Part shown: positions 21,506 to 31,779 of the stretch, piece by piece | Numbering within the stretch: the first letter of the stretch is position 1 | How the letters are laid out: the number at the start of each line of letters is the position of its first letter | From: Candidatus Dormiibacterota bacterium | GTDB lineage: Bacteria > Chloroflexota > Dormibacteria > Aeolococcales > Aeolococcaceae | DNA length: 64,000 nt | NCBI GenBank assembly: GCA_027365835.1 | Contig: DAHXLU010000103.1 | Location: 1,260 to 65,259 of the forward strand | Direction: 5' to 3' | Position numbers and translations under genes: made by a program | Notes under the pieces: model-generated | Seen by the model: only the letters and a program-made list of their open reading frames with translations | What the model was told of the DNA's origin: nothing | Databases searched by the model: none

Positions 21506-23731
21506 ATGGACGCGGTTACTGGCGATGCTCCCGGGCACGCACTGAATCCGCAGCAGCAGGCCGCCGTGGATGCACCGGATGGCCCCCTTCTTATCTTTGC
21601 AGGGGCTGGGTCCGGCAAGACGCGTGTACTTACCCAGAGGATAGCCAGAATTATCCGGCAAGGGGTGCCACCCAGTTCGGTGTGTGCCGTAACCTTTACC
21701 AACAAGGCCGCAAGGGAGATGCGTGAGCGGCTTGAGCAGCTTGTCGGCAGCGGCGTTGCTGGTATGTGGCTAGGTACGTTTCACTCAATAGGGGTGCGCA
21801 TACTACGCCAGAGCGGCGAGCTTATTGGGATAGACCCCAGTTTTAGCATCTACGACGAGGCAGACCGTCTGGCAGCGGTGCGCTCGGTGATGAATGATGT
21901 CCGGGTTGACACCAAACGGTTCCCTGCAGCAGTCCTGGTGCACGCGATAAGCGCGGCAAAAAACGAGTTGCTCGACGCGCGCCAGTACAGTGATATCGCG
22001 CATGACTACTTTGAGAACGAGGTTGCGCGTGTGTTTTTTGGGTATGAGAGCGAGCTTGGGCGTGCCAATGCACTGGACTTTGATGACCTTGTGGCCAGGA
22101 CAGTGCTGTTGCTGGAGACGCAGGAGTCGGCGCGTACATATTACCAGCAGCGGTTTACCCATCTGTTTGTCGATGAGTACCAGGACACCAATCGCGCACA
22201 GTACCGGATGGTTCGGGCTATGGCGGCTGGTCATGGCAATCTGACTGTTGTTGGCGATGACGATCAGTCAATTTATGGCTGGCGCGGTGCTGATATACGC
22301 AATATCCTGGAGTTTGAGAGAGACTATCCCAGCGCTCGCAAGATCACCCTTGAACAGAACTACCGGTCCACGCAGACAATTCTGGATGCAGCCCACCATG
22401 TCATACGGCATAATTCCGACCGCGCGGAGAAGCGTCTATGGACAGATGCTGGAGAGGGCTCCCGGATTGTGGTGCTTTCTGCGTACGACGAGCAGGACGA
22501 AGCCGGACAGGTCTGCACCAGGATAGAAGAACTGGTGGGCGAAGGGGCAAGACTTGCAGATTGCGCGGTCCTTTACCGTACCAATGCCCAGTCGCGTGCC
22601 TTTGAGGACACCTTCATAAGGCGTGGGGTGCCATACCGCCTTGTGGGAGGCGTTCGCTTTTATCAGCGCAAGGAGGTGCGGGACATACTGGCGTATTTGC
22701 GTCTGCTGATCAACCCCAGGGATACGGCCTCATTCGAACGGGTGGTCAATGTGCCCCGCCGCAAGATTGGTGACAAGAGCCTTTCCATCCTCGGGCAGGA
22801 GGCGGCGCGTCACGGGCTGGCGCCATTTGAGGCATTGCTCAAAGGTATTGACGTACCGGATCTTTCCCGAAGCGCAAGAACTGCGCTGACAGGCTTTTCC
22901 CAGCTGATGCAGGGGCTTGGGGAGCGGGCCCGAACTGAGCCTGCATCGCGGGTAGTGGCGGAAGTGATCCAGGCTAGTGGCTATCGCGCCATGCTGCTGG
23001 ATGGTACCCCGGAGGGCGAGGACAGGGTCGCCAACCTGGATGAGCTCATTGGTTTTGCAAGCGAGTATTCGGATGAGCAGCCGCCAGAGGGCTTGATGCA
23101 TTTTCTGGAGCAGGTCGCTCTGGTAAGCGACGTAGACGGTTATGACGAGACCGGCTCCGGTGTGACCCTGATCACACTTCATCAGGTGAAGGGGCTTGAG
23201 TTTTCCAATGTTTTTCTTACCGGCATGGAGGAGAGATTGCTCCCACATGCCAGAGCGATGGAGGATGGTGACGGAGGCATAGAGGAAGAGCGGCGGCTTG
23301 CCTATGTCGGTATCACCAGAGCCAGGACGAGACTCTATCTGTCCCACGCAGCGCGGCGCCACCTGTATGGTACCCAGCAGATAGCCGAGCCGTCCCGCTT
23401 TCTCAAGGATATTCCGCAAGAGCTGCTTGTCACCTCTTCACGGCGCAGCTCCTATGGCTACGGTGCCATATATCCATCAACCTCAACCGAGCCTGGTTCC
23501 ATGCCTGGGCGCGAGCCTCCACCCAGTCGGCGGGTGCCAGCAGCACAACAGTTCTGGGAGGGCATGCGTGCGGTCCACCCCAAGTTCGGGGAGGGAACCG
23601 TTCTGCGTAGCACGATGACCAGGACAGGGGAAGAGGTGGTGATCAATTTTGACAGCGCCGGCGTGAAGATCTTTGCCGTAGAAGACGCAGCGCTCTCTGT
23701 GTTGCCGGGCGCTCCACCATTGCCCGGGTGA
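21506..23731 (+). CDS. pcrA: ATP-dependent DNA helicase PcrA/UvrD
   Basis: Motif I AGAGSGKTRVLTQRIA, the DEYQDTN motif and a PcrA-type C-terminal Tudor-like extension. Start chosen at the internal ATG. Confidence 0.9.
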   Translation: MDAVTGDAPGHALNPQQQAAVDAPDGPLLIFAGAGSGKTRVLTQRIARIIRQGVPPSSVCAVTFTNKAAREMRERLEQLVGSGVAGMWLGTFHSIGVRILRQSGELIGIDPSFSIYDEADRLAAVRSVMNDVRVDTKRFPAAVLVHAISAAKNELLDARQYSDIAHDYFENEVARVFFGYESELGRANALDFDDLVARTVLLLETQESARTYYQQRFTHLFVDEYQDTNRAQYRMVRAMAAGHGNLTVVGDDDQSIYGWRGADIRNILEFERDYPSARKITLEQNYRSTQTILDAAHHVIRHNSDRAEKRLWTDAGEGSRIVVLSAYDEQDEAGQVCTRIEELVGEGARLADCAVLYRTNAQSRAFEDTFIRRGVPYRLVGGVRFYQRKEVRDILAYLRLLINPRDTASFERVVNVPRRKIGDKSLSILGQEAARHGLAPFEALLKGIDVPDLSRSARTALTGFSQLMQGLGERARTEPASRVVAEVIQASGYRAMLLDGTPEGEDRVANLDELIGFASEYSDEQPPEGLMHFLEQVALVSDVDGYDETGSGVTLITLHQVKGLEFSNVFLTGMEERLLPHARAMEDGDGGIEEERRLAYVGITRARTRLYLSHAARRHLYGTQQIAEPSRFLKDIPQELLVTSSRRSSYGYGAIYPSTSTEPGSMPGREPPPSRRVPAAQQFWEGMRAVHPKFGEGTVLRSTMTRTGEEVVINFDSAGVKIFAVEDAALSVLPGAPPLPG

Positions 23732-25824
23732 GGCGGGAAAGTGGGACGCTAGTGAGGCCGGCAGATCTGGCAGGTGATGAAGCTGGCCGACGGGCAGCTT
23801 TCCTGCGCAAGGAGCTGGCGCGCCATGCGGAGCTTTACTATGTCGAGAACCGCCCCGAGATAACTGATGCTGAGTATGACGCGCTTTTCCGGGAGCTTCT
23901 GGAACTCGAGCGACGCAATCCGGCGCTTGCCTTCGAGGCATCCCCAACCACGCAGGTGGGAGGTGAGCCCGCCCCTGGGTTTCGGAAAGTGCGGCACCAC
24001 ACCCCCATGCTCTCCCTTGGCAATGCTTTTACAAGGGATGAGGTTGTGGCCTTCATCCGCAAGGCCGAGGCAGAGGTTGCAGACACGGGAGGTTATGTCT
24101 GCGAGCTCAAGATTGATGGGCTTGCTGTTTCCCTCCGGTTCCAGAAGGGCAAGTATGTTCAGGGGGCTACCCGGGGCAACGGGGTGGAGGGCGAGGATGT
24201 AACTGTCAATCTGGCCAGGGTGCATGGCATCCCGCATGAGATCGATATGACCCTTTTTCCATGGCTGTCTGGACGGGCTGGCATTGTTGGGGAAGACCAG
24301 GGGTTTGATCTTGAGGTAAGGGGGGAGTGCTACCTGCCCCGCTCTGCGTTTCGCAGCCTCAACCAGCTGATGGAGGATGAGGGGAAAAGCAGTTATGCCA
24401 ACCCGAGGAACGCCGCAGCCGGAAGCCTGAGGCAGCTGGATCCCGCGGTTACTGCATCCCGGGGCCTTGCAACATTCATGTACCAGATGGACCCAGCGCC
24501 AGCAGGTGGTAGCCAGCAGGAAGTACTGGACCTGCTTGCGCGCGCTGGATTTGCCGTTAATCCACACTGTCGACACGTGGCTTCAGCGGAGGAGGTGATG
24601 GAGTTCCTGGATGAGTGGGAAGAGCGCAGGCACAATCTGGATTACGACACCGATGGGGTGGTGATAAAGGTTGCGTCAATCCCAGCCCAGGCTGAACTGG
24701 GTATGGTGTCCCGGGCTCCGCGGTGGGCGATTGCCTTCAAGTTTCCCCCCGAAGAGGAGGAGACGACCATCGAGGGGATTGAGGTCAGTGTTGGCAGGAC
24801 AGGCGTGCTTACACCTGTAGCGCAGCTTTCACCCGTCCGTGTCGCAGGATCTGTGATCCGGCGCTGTACCCTCCATAACGAGGATGAGATAGCAAGGAAG
24901 GACATCCGGATAGGTGACAGGGTGGTGCTGCACAAGGCTGGTGACGTCATCCCTGAGGTGGTGCGGGTTGTCCTGGAGAAGAGAAGTGTGGAGAGTGCAC
25001 CCTGGACCTTCCCGCCGGACTGCCCGGCCTGCGGAGTACAGGCAGTCCGGCTGGCAGGCGAGGTGGCGCGGCGCTGCGTAAATCCCCTCTGTCCGGCACA
25101 GCTACGGGCCAGGCTGGCACACTTTGTATCAAGACAGGGGTTCGATATCCATGGGCTCGGGGCCTCCCTGGTCGAGCAACTCGTAGAACAGCGCCTCGTT
25201 CTGGCGCCCCAGGAGATATTCATGCTCTCGCGGGAGGGTTTGCTGACACTCAGGGGTCTTGGCGAAAAATCGGCAGACAACCTTCTGGCCGCGATAGCTG
25301 CGCGCCGCACTGTCCCGCTCAATCGCTACCTTTTCTCTCTGGGAATACCACACGTTGGTGTTGAGATGGCGGCCCAGCTGGCAGGGCACTTTGGCTCGCT
25401 GGAGTCAGTACTTGCAGCGACCGTGGATGAGCTGCAGGCGATAGCAGGAGTTGGCCCAGTGGTTGCGCAGGATGTGCACGCATGGCTGCATTCGGAGGGG
25501 GCGTCAACGGTAATTGCGGGTTTGTCCCAGGCTGGAGTTGCCATAGAGGGGCATGCGACAGTTGTGGGCCCGCTTACTGGGCAGACATGGGTCTTTACCG
25601 GAACACTTGAGGCGATGGGAAGGGCAGAAGCGCAGCAGCTGGTTACCGCTCTTGGAGGAAAGTGCAGTTCAACCGTCACAGCCAAGGTAAGTGTTGTCGT
25701 GGTTGGCGCGAACCCAGGAGCCAAGGCAGACAAGGCAGCCAGGCTGGGGGTGCAGGTTCTCGATGAGGAGGCTTTTCTCTTCATGATGCGGAAAATCGGG
25801 CAACTTCCAGCCCAGCAGCCATAG
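23728..25824 (+). CDS. ligA: NAD-dependent DNA ligase
   Basis: KIDGLAVSL adenylation motif, OB fold, Zn-finger CPACG...C, HhH and BRCT domains. GTGA overlap with pcrA. Confidence 0.92.
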   Translation: MRRESGTLVRPADLAGDEAGRRAAFLRKELARHAELYYVENRPEITDAEYDALFRELLELERRNPALAFEASPTTQVGGEPAPGFRKVRHHTPMLSLGNAFTRDEVVAFIRKAEAEVADTGGYVCELKIDGLAVSLRFQKGKYVQGATRGNGVEGEDVTVNLARVHGIPHEIDMTLFPWLSGRAGIVGEDQGFDLEVRGECYLPRSAFRSLNQLMEDEGKSSYANPRNAAAGSLRQLDPAVTASRGLATFMYQMDPAPAGGSQQEVLDLLARAGFAVNPHCRHVASAEEVMEFLDEWEERRHNLDYDTDGVVIKVASIPAQAELGMVSRAPRWAIAFKFPPEEEETTIEGIEVSVGRTGVLTPVAQLSPVRVAGSVIRRCTLHNEDEIARKDIRIGDRVVLHKAGDVIPEVVRVVLEKRSVESAPWTFPPDCPACGVQAVRLAGEVARRCVNPLCPAQLRARLAHFVSRQGFDIHGLGASLVEQLVEQRLVLAPQEIFMLSREGLLTLRGLGEKSADNLLAAIAARRTVPLNRYLFSLGIPHVGVEMAAQLAGHFGSLESVLAATVDELQAIAGVGPVVAQDVHAWLHSEGASTVIAGLSQAGVAIEGHATVVGPLTGQTWVFTGTLEAMGRAEAQQLVTALGGKCSSTVTAKVSVVVVGANPGAKADKAARLGVQVLDEEAFLFMMRKIGQLPAQQP

Positions 25825-26098
25825 CTGCATGACCTGTCAATAGGGCGTGCGGTTGCCACCTGCCCGGGAAGTGCCTGGCGGCCGGAAAAAAGACATGGTC
25901 TCCTATACTAGGAGCTGGCGATGACATCTGCTGCTGGCTGCCGGATGTCATCTGCCCCGCGACAGATAGCGGCAGCCCTGCGGTTTTAGCCGCAATAACC
26001 GGGAGTTTTATGATCTGCACGAGCGGTACCTGCAACTTGACCTGTCGGGAGATGGTCGACCCCGGCAAGACAGGTCCAGGCCGGAATGGGGGCAGCCG

Positions 26099-27601
26099 AT
26101 GACGGCACAGTCGTCGCTGGTGGACCGGGTGGGGGTCCATGACAGCCACCGGCCGCAACATACAGACGGTGGTACCGGGCACTCCCACTATGGGCTGGCA
26201 CTTGCTGTGGTGGTCTGCGGGGTACTCATTGCCGCTGTCGATACGACGATCGTCGTTTTGGCGCTGCCAAAGATTGAGGCAGACCTGCACGTAAACGTCA
26301 CTGACGTGGTCTGGGTGATACTTAGCTATCTGCTGGTGGTGACGGTTCTCTCAACCCAGGTGGGCAGGCTTGGGGACATGTTTGGCAGGGTCCGCATGTA
26401 CCAGACAGGCTTTGCCATCTTTGTGGCAGGGTCGCTTCTTTGTGGGCTAGCCAGTAACGAGCTAACGATGATACTGTTCCGCATCCTGCAAGGCATCGGC
26501 GGAGCGCTGATAAGTGCCAACAGTGGCGCAGTCATTGCAGATATAGTGCCGGTCGAGCGGCGCGGTCGCGCCTACGGGTTCAATGCCATAGGCTGGAATC
26601 TAGGTGCCATTCTTGGGATCCTGCTTGGCGGGGCCATCACCACATTTACTACGTGGCGCTGGATATTTTTCATCAATGTGCCAATTGGCCTTCTGGCGCT
26701 TGGGGTATCCCTGAAAGTCTTGCACAGTACCGCCGAGCGACGCAGTCACAGGGTGGACTGGGCGGGTACTGTGACGTTGAGCCTGGGCCTCTTCTGCATT
26801 CTCTGGGCGGCAACCCAGTTTGCAACCAATCCCTTCGACCTTCAGATAGGAGCACTCTTCCTGGCTGGCTTGGTGCTGCTGGCCGGTTTTGCCGTTATGG
26901 AGACCAGGCACCCCGAGCCGCTTGTTTCCATGAGTCTGTTTCGCATCCCTACCATGCTCCCAGCCCTGTCGGCGGCATTTCTGCAGAGTCTGGCCAATTT
27001 TGCGGTCCTCTTTCTCGTAATCATGTATCTCCAGGGAGTAAGGCAGCTCACTCCCCTCAATGCATCAATCCTGCTGGTGCCGGGTTATCTTATGGGTGCT
27101 GTGGTCGGACCATTCGCCGGCAGGCTTTCTGACCGGGTTGGGGCAGTCTTTCCTGCTACGTTCGGTCTGGTGGTTCAGGCTGTGGCGCTTTTTATCTATG
27201 CCCAGCTCGGCACTTCGACCTGGCTTGGGCTGATTGTCGTAGCAAGCGTGGTAAACGGCATAGGGTCTGGATGCTTTTTCCCATCCAACAATGCTGCTGT
27301 CATGAAGGCGTCTCCGGGGCGGTCCTTCGGGGTGGCGTCGGGCATGCTGCGCACGTTTGCCAATGTGGGCATGGTGTTTTCCTTTGCGATGGCACTGGTG
27401 GTCGCAGCTCACGCGATACCGCGTTTTATTGCTTTTCGAATATTTGTCGGGAGCGAGTCTCTCTCCCATTCGCTGGCCTCATCCTTTGCCACTGGCCTGC
27501 ATTCGGCGTTTTATGCGTCCATGGTGGTAATGCTGCTGGCTGCCGTGATGTCGGCAGTGCGCAGACGAACTGCCCGGGCCAGGACGGATGCAGTCAGCTA
27601 A
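26099..27601 (+). CDS. MFS transporter, DHA2 (14-TMS drug:H+ antiporter) family
   Basis: 500 aa, about 14 predicted helices, with the GRLGDMFGR motif between TM2 and TM3. Confidence 0.8.
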   Translation: MTAQSSLVDRVGVHDSHRPQHTDGGTGHSHYGLALAVVVCGVLIAAVDTTIVVLALPKIEADLHVNVTDVVWVILSYLLVVTVLSTQVGRLGDMFGRVRMYQTGFAIFVAGSLLCGLASNELTMILFRILQGIGGALISANSGAVIADIVPVERRGRAYGFNAIGWNLGAILGILLGGAITTFTTWRWIFFINVPIGLLALGVSLKVLHSTAERRSHRVDWAGTVTLSLGLFCILWAATQFATNPFDLQIGALFLAGLVLLAGFAVMETRHPEPLVSMSLFRIPTMLPALSAAFLQSLANFAVLFLVIMYLQGVRQLTPLNASILLVPGYLMGAVVGPFAGRLSDRVGAVFPATFGLVVQAVALFIYAQLGTSTWLGLIVVASVVNGIGSGCFFPSNNAAVMKASPGRSFGVASGMLRTFANVGMVFSFAMALVVAAHAIPRFIAFRIFVGSESLSHSLASSFATGLHSAFYASMVVMLLAAVMSAVRRRTARARTDAVS

Positions 27602-27668
27602 GTAAAACTGCGTGTCCACTGACTTTCTACCGGTTGGGCACTGGCCGACCGGCCCGGGGTGTCCCTGG

Positions 27669-28553
27669 TCAGGTATCGCTGGGCAGTCCGAGATCTATTT
27701 TTGCCTGCTGGTCCAGGACCAGCTGCTCTGCCGCAAGATTCTCTTCAAGGTGCTGCAGCGAGGACGTGCCTGGAATGATAGCTGTGTTACTGGATACATC
27801 GAGCAGCCATGCCAGGGCAACCTGGGCCGGGGTTACACCAAGGCGCGCTGCAGTAGTGGTTACGGAGGGAGCTGTGAGTACCGGGTTGACCGTGGAAAAG
27901 CCCGACCCCAAGGGAAAGAACGGCACAAAGGTGATTGACTCCGCTTCGCATCGTCGCACCACCTCCAGGGACTTCCGGTCGATGATATTGAACGGGTTCT
28001 GGACACAGACCACCTCTGTGATCTTCAGCGCAGCTTCAAGCAGCGCGCTGCCGATGTTGCTAAGGCCGATGCCACCAACGATGCCCTCCTGCTTTAGCTC
28101 TGCCAGGGCGCCAATCTGATCCACGAAGAGTTGCTCATCCACTGATTTGCCGGCCGGCAGATCGGGTAGCCGCAGGTTGACGGCCGCAAGATAGTCAGTA
28201 TGCAGTGTGGTCAGGTTCTCAAGCACACCAACACGCAGTTCGCTGGGCGAGCTGGCGGGCAGCCATGCGCCCTGGGAGTTGCGCTTTGCCCCAACCTTGC
28301 TGATAAGTATCAGGTCGTCCGGGTAGGGGTGGAGTGCCTCGTGGATAAGCTCATTGACGACTGCTGGGCCGTAGTACTGTGCGGTGTCGATATGGTTGAC
28401 GCCGCGGTCTACGGCAGAACGCAATACCGCAAGCGCTTCAGTCCTGTCCTTCGGGGGACCAAATGCTCCAGGCCCTGCCAGCTGCATGGCGCCATATCCC
28501 ATCCGTCGGACAGTGTGCTTTCCAATCCGGATTTCATCGCGGTCATCGGCCAT
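27669..28553 (-). CDS. Aldo/keto reductase
   Basis: MADDRDEIRIGKHTVRRMGYGAMQL...IDTAQYYGP. Start chosen at the internal ATG because the 20-aa upstream extension is atypical. Confidence 0.8.
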   Translation of the reverse strand: MADDRDEIRIGKHTVRRMGYGAMQLAGPGAFGPPKDRTEALAVLRSAVDRGVNHIDTAQYYGPAVVNELIHEALHPYPDDLILISKVGAKRNSQGAWLPASSPSELRVGVLENLTTLHTDYLAAVNLRLPDLPAGKSVDEQLFVDQIGALAELKQEGIVGGIGLSNIGSALLEAALKITEVVCVQNPFNIIDRKSLEVVRRCEAESITFVPFFPLGSGFSTVNPVLTAPSVTTTAARLGVTPAQVALAWLLDVSSNTAIIPGTSSLQHLEENLAAEQLVLDQQAKIDLGLPSDT

Positions 28554-28651
28554 TTTTCCAGTGTACCGGACAGTGCCGAAAGGGGGGCGGCTCTTACAGC
28601 GGATGAGATACATGGTGGGACACCGGATCCCGACCCGCCAGGGCAGATTCG

Positions 28652-30175
28652 CTAATATCCGGGGAAGTAATCGGTCCTGATCCTTGCCCGGGGAACATGG
28701 AGCTCTCTCAGGCTGCGCTTCATGGCAGAAACCATCGGGGGCGATCCAGAGACATAGAAAATGCGCTCACGGTAATCGGGCACTTCTGCTGCTATCGCCT
28801 GTGCCGTAATGAAACCATACCGATAGCGCGGATCTCTTGCTTCTGTTTTTTCATGGGTCAGGAACGGAACGATGGATAGGCCGATTGCCTGCCTAGCCTC
28901 TTCAAACAGTCTCATGTAGCTCAGGCGCTCCTTCCGGTACTCGGAGTAGAGCAGAACTATGTCTCTTTTCTCCTTGCGGTCCATGAGGCTTTTGATCATG
29001 CTACGGAAAGGAGTTATTCCAACACCGCCCGCGATGAATACCAGTCGGGCCGAGGGATCCTTCGGCATAATGAAGTCGCCCCCAAGCTGCGATGCCGATA
29101 ATGCTGCAGCCTTTCCATGCTGCGATAGTGTCATAAGCTCCCGTTTGAAGCTGCTCGCCCTGGCGGGTATTATGAGGCCGAGTCGAAGGGTATCTTCGGT
29201 GGGGGCTGAGGCTATGGTGAAGTATCGGCGCACGCCGCGGCTGTCTGGATGCATGTGGGGGAGGGTCCACTCCATATACTGGCCAGGTTCAAAGGCTACC
29301 CGGCGGTCCACTGTAAAGACCAGGTCCGCCAGGTCTGGTCCGCTGGTTGTATGCCGGTTTCTAAGGACTGCGTTTATGCGTATCCTGGGGCTAACCAGGT
29401 AGGCATAGGCATTTCCGGCTACCAGTGCAAGTTCTGGGGTGAGAAAGATGGTTCCCAGATGCACCTGGGGTGGAAAGAGCATCCCGACCAGGCCTGCATA
29501 TATTCCCTGTTGCCGCAGCCGGGCTGGCAGGGTCATAGGCTCTGTCAGCATCACAGCGGCTAGAAAAAAGAGCGGAGACTGGATGAAGAGGCCCGTAAGG
29601 TCGCGTGCGAGCACTCCCGACTGCAGGCCGAGAACGACAGTTACGGCTGTTGCGGTCACGAGAAAGGTCGAGACTAGCGTCCAGCGCTGCAGTTTGGTGA
29701 CCACCACTATGCCCCCGGCAAGCACAAAGGGAAGCATCGCTGCACTACCTACCCACCAGCTTGCAGCCTGTCCCGCCAGAAGGGCAGTAAGAACTACCCC
29801 CATAGCGGCTGGGTTGAATACATGCACTTTATTAACTGCCAGCAAGTACTTTGTGGCGGTGGCAAGGACACTTGCGGCGACCAGAAACTCTGCAGTGGGG
29901 ACTGTTATTGCTGGAGTAATGATCAGGCTGAGAATGAGCGCAGTTATGATGGAGGATTCGGGGTTGGTGTGTGCTTCAAATGCCCAGGCAAACGCGCGGT
30001 TGGTGCCAATGCACGTGGCAAGCAGGATGGCGACTGAAAACAGGAGTGGGAGGATACCAAATTGCACCCGCCCGAATGCCGCCCAGAGAGCGCCTGCACC
30101 ATCCAGTGCGATCAGGTAGTAGAGCACAACGCGATACATCGTCAGCCCGCCGAGAAGCTGGTAGAGGCGTGTCAC
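28652..30175 (-). CDS. Fusion of an RnfD/NqrB-like membrane domain with a ferredoxin-NAD(P) reductase-like FAD/NAD(P)H domain
   Basis: N-terminal ~265 aa polytopic domain carrying VFNPAAMGVVL (cf. NPFNPAMIGYVVL in RsxD, as recalled) and MLTEPMT (cf. ILTDPVT), but no SGAT motif. C-terminal FNR fold with RRYFTIAS (FAD) and FIAGGVGITPFRSM (NAD(P)H). GTG start overlaps the apbE stop. Confidence 0.7.
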   Translation of the reverse strand: MTRLYQLLGGLTMYRVVLYYLIALDGAGALWAAFGRVQFGILPLLFSVAILLATCIGTNRAFAWAFEAHTNPESSIITALILSLIITPAITVPTAEFLVAASVLATATKYLLAVNKVHVFNPAAMGVVLTALLAGQAASWWVGSAAMLPFVLAGGIVVVTKLQRWTLVSTFLVTATAVTVVLGLQSGVLARDLTGLFIQSPLFFLAAVMLTEPMTLPARLRQQGIYAGLVGMLFPPQVHLGTIFLTPELALVAGNAYAYLVSPRIRINAVLRNRHTTSGPDLADLVFTVDRRVAFEPGQYMEWTLPHMHPDSRGVRRYFTIASAPTEDTLRLGLIIPARASSFKRELMTLSQHGKAAALSASQLGGDFIMPKDPSARLVFIAGGVGITPFRSMIKSLMDRKEKRDIVLLYSEYRKERLSYMRLFEEARQAIGLSIVPFLTHEKTEARDPRYRYGFITAQAIAAEVPDYRERIFYVSGSPPMVSAMKRSLRELHVPRARIRTDYFPGY

Positions 30176-30918
30176 CGGATTACGTACTTCAGGAAGTGGT
30201 CAGTGTAGGTAGCCCGTCCATTTGCTTCGATCATGTAGCCTTCAAAGCCCCCGAGGTCCTGGACAAAGTTGATTCCATTTAGCCCCATGGCAAACGCCGC
30301 AGTTGCAAACCGGTCTGCCTCGTAGGCATCTGGGCCGATGACTGTCAGGCTCACTACGCCATCGATGGTCGAGCCTGGCTTTAGGGGGTTGTAGACATGC
30401 TGCCCGCGCAGGTATGTTCCTGAAGTTGCCACGCCCATGCCGGTGACTGCCAGCACTTTTACGATCGTATCTGTATCAAATGGGTTGCGAATGCCCACGC
30501 TCCACGGTTCGCCCGCAGCATTTTTTCCATGGGCCTCAATGTCTCCACCGGCTTCGACATAGTAGTTTATGAAGCCATCCCTTCCGATACGGTCGGCACA
30601 GTTGTGGATTGCCCACCCCTTCACTAGCCCCGAGGGGTCGATAGTCCCGTTGCGCCACGCATCAAAGTAGCCGGCTGTGGCTCTTTTTGTCTCTTCGCAC
30701 AGCCGCACCACCTCATGCATCTCACTACTCCATTGTGTTGGGGGGCGGCCTGCGTTCACCTGGCAAACCTCGCTTGACGGCTTGAACGGACTGAACCGGT
30801 CATCCACCTGTTGCAGGTAGCGCAGTGCATTGTCAACGACAGTGTCGCCCGCCTTCTCATCCACAACCTCAATTGTTATGGGCATGCCCATGACGATGGC
30901 GCTCTTGCGTGCTGACAT
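30172..30918 (-). CDS. apbE: FAD:protein FMN transferase (ApbE/Ftp), no signal peptide
   Basis: Core ApbE motifs begin at residue ~10 (VMGMPITIEVVDE) and run to the C-terminal Mg-site region. Starts 2 nt after the FMN_bind gene stop. Confidence 0.85.
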   Translation of the reverse strand: MSARKSAIVMGMPITIEVVDEKAGDTVVDNALRYLQQVDDRFSPFKPSSEVCQVNAGRPPTQWSSEMHEVVRLCEETKRATAGYFDAWRNGTIDPSGLVKGWAIHNCADRIGRDGFINYYVEAGGDIEAHGKNAAGEPWSVGIRNPFDTDTIVKVLAVTGMGVATSGTYLRGQHVYNPLKPGSTIDGVVSLTVIGPDAYEADRFATAAFAMGLNGINFVQDLGGFEGYMIEANGRATYTDHFLKYVIR

Positions 30919-30920
30919 GG

Positions 30921-31478
30921 CTAGGCTTTTGCGAGCGCCTGGGCGAGCGACTGGATGAACCCCTCGCTGGTCGCTGTCGCTCCTGTGATGATATTGACCT
31001 GTGCTGACTGGGCCTGGATTGCTTCCTGTTGCAGGTACGGAAGTGCCTGCTGGCTCACGTAGGCAGAGTACTGGTGTGCGTTAGGGTATTGCAGCACCTG
31101 GACGCTGGTGAGCTTGCCATTGGCAATGGTGGCCCGCACCTGGACGTTGCCAAAGTAGACAAAGGTTGACGGCCCGGTGTAGGTGCCATCCCGATACTGG
31201 CTGGCAGAGGTGGGGGCTGGGGTTGCCGTCGTAGCTGCCGGGGTGGAGGCTGCGCCTGGACTGGCTGGAGGGGCAGCCTCTGAACTGGCAGCAGTAGCAG
31301 GAGGCGCACCTGGTGGTGTGCCAGGCGCAGAAGGAGAGGCTGACCTTTGCGACCTGCTTCCTGCTGGGGGGAGCAGTGCAACGGTCCCTGGGGCGGGGCT
31401 GGTCCTCATCTCGTAGCTGTATAGGCCAAGACCAGCAAGCACCAGTGCTGCAAGTGCTCCCTGTTTTGTGTTCCACAT
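30921..31478 (-). CDS. NqrC/RnfG-like FMN-binding domain protein (predicted ApbE substrate)
   Basis: ATG at 31478 preceded by GGAGAAAG. N-terminal hydrophobic segment, Pro/Ala/Ser/Thr linker, then an FMN_bind domain with the flavinylation motif IITGATATSEG. The long upstream ORF extension (to 31997) lacks coding character. Confidence 0.75.
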   Translation of the reverse strand: MWNTKQGALAALVLAGLGLYSYEMRTSPAPGTVALLPPAGSRSQRSASPSAPGTPPGAPPATAASSEAAPPASPGAASTPAATTATPAPTSASQYRDGTYTGPSTFVYFGNVQVRATIANGKLTSVQVLQYPNAHQYSAYVSQQALPYLQQEAIQAQSAQVNIITGATATSEGFIQSLAQALAKA

Positions 31479-31779
31479 GTGGGCTTTCTCCAGTTGAAGT
31501 GGTTGACCATCACAGGTGCGCTTTGCGCCTGGCGCACACCCCCGGCAATCATTGGGGTGATTATCCTGTCTACAACCTTTCGGTCGGGTTACCGGGAGAG
31601 CGGGTGGATCTGGCTGGGTGGGGCGAGTTCTGGTTTTGCTTCCTGCCTGTCTGTCCATGCGGTCTCTGCGGAGGTATTCATTGCTGGTGCGCGGTGTCAG
31701 GGCAACAGTGATCCAGGGGGCGGGTGCCCAGCAGCGCCTGGGAAGTGTGCCGTTATCCTGCGGCTGGGCTGCAGGGTGG

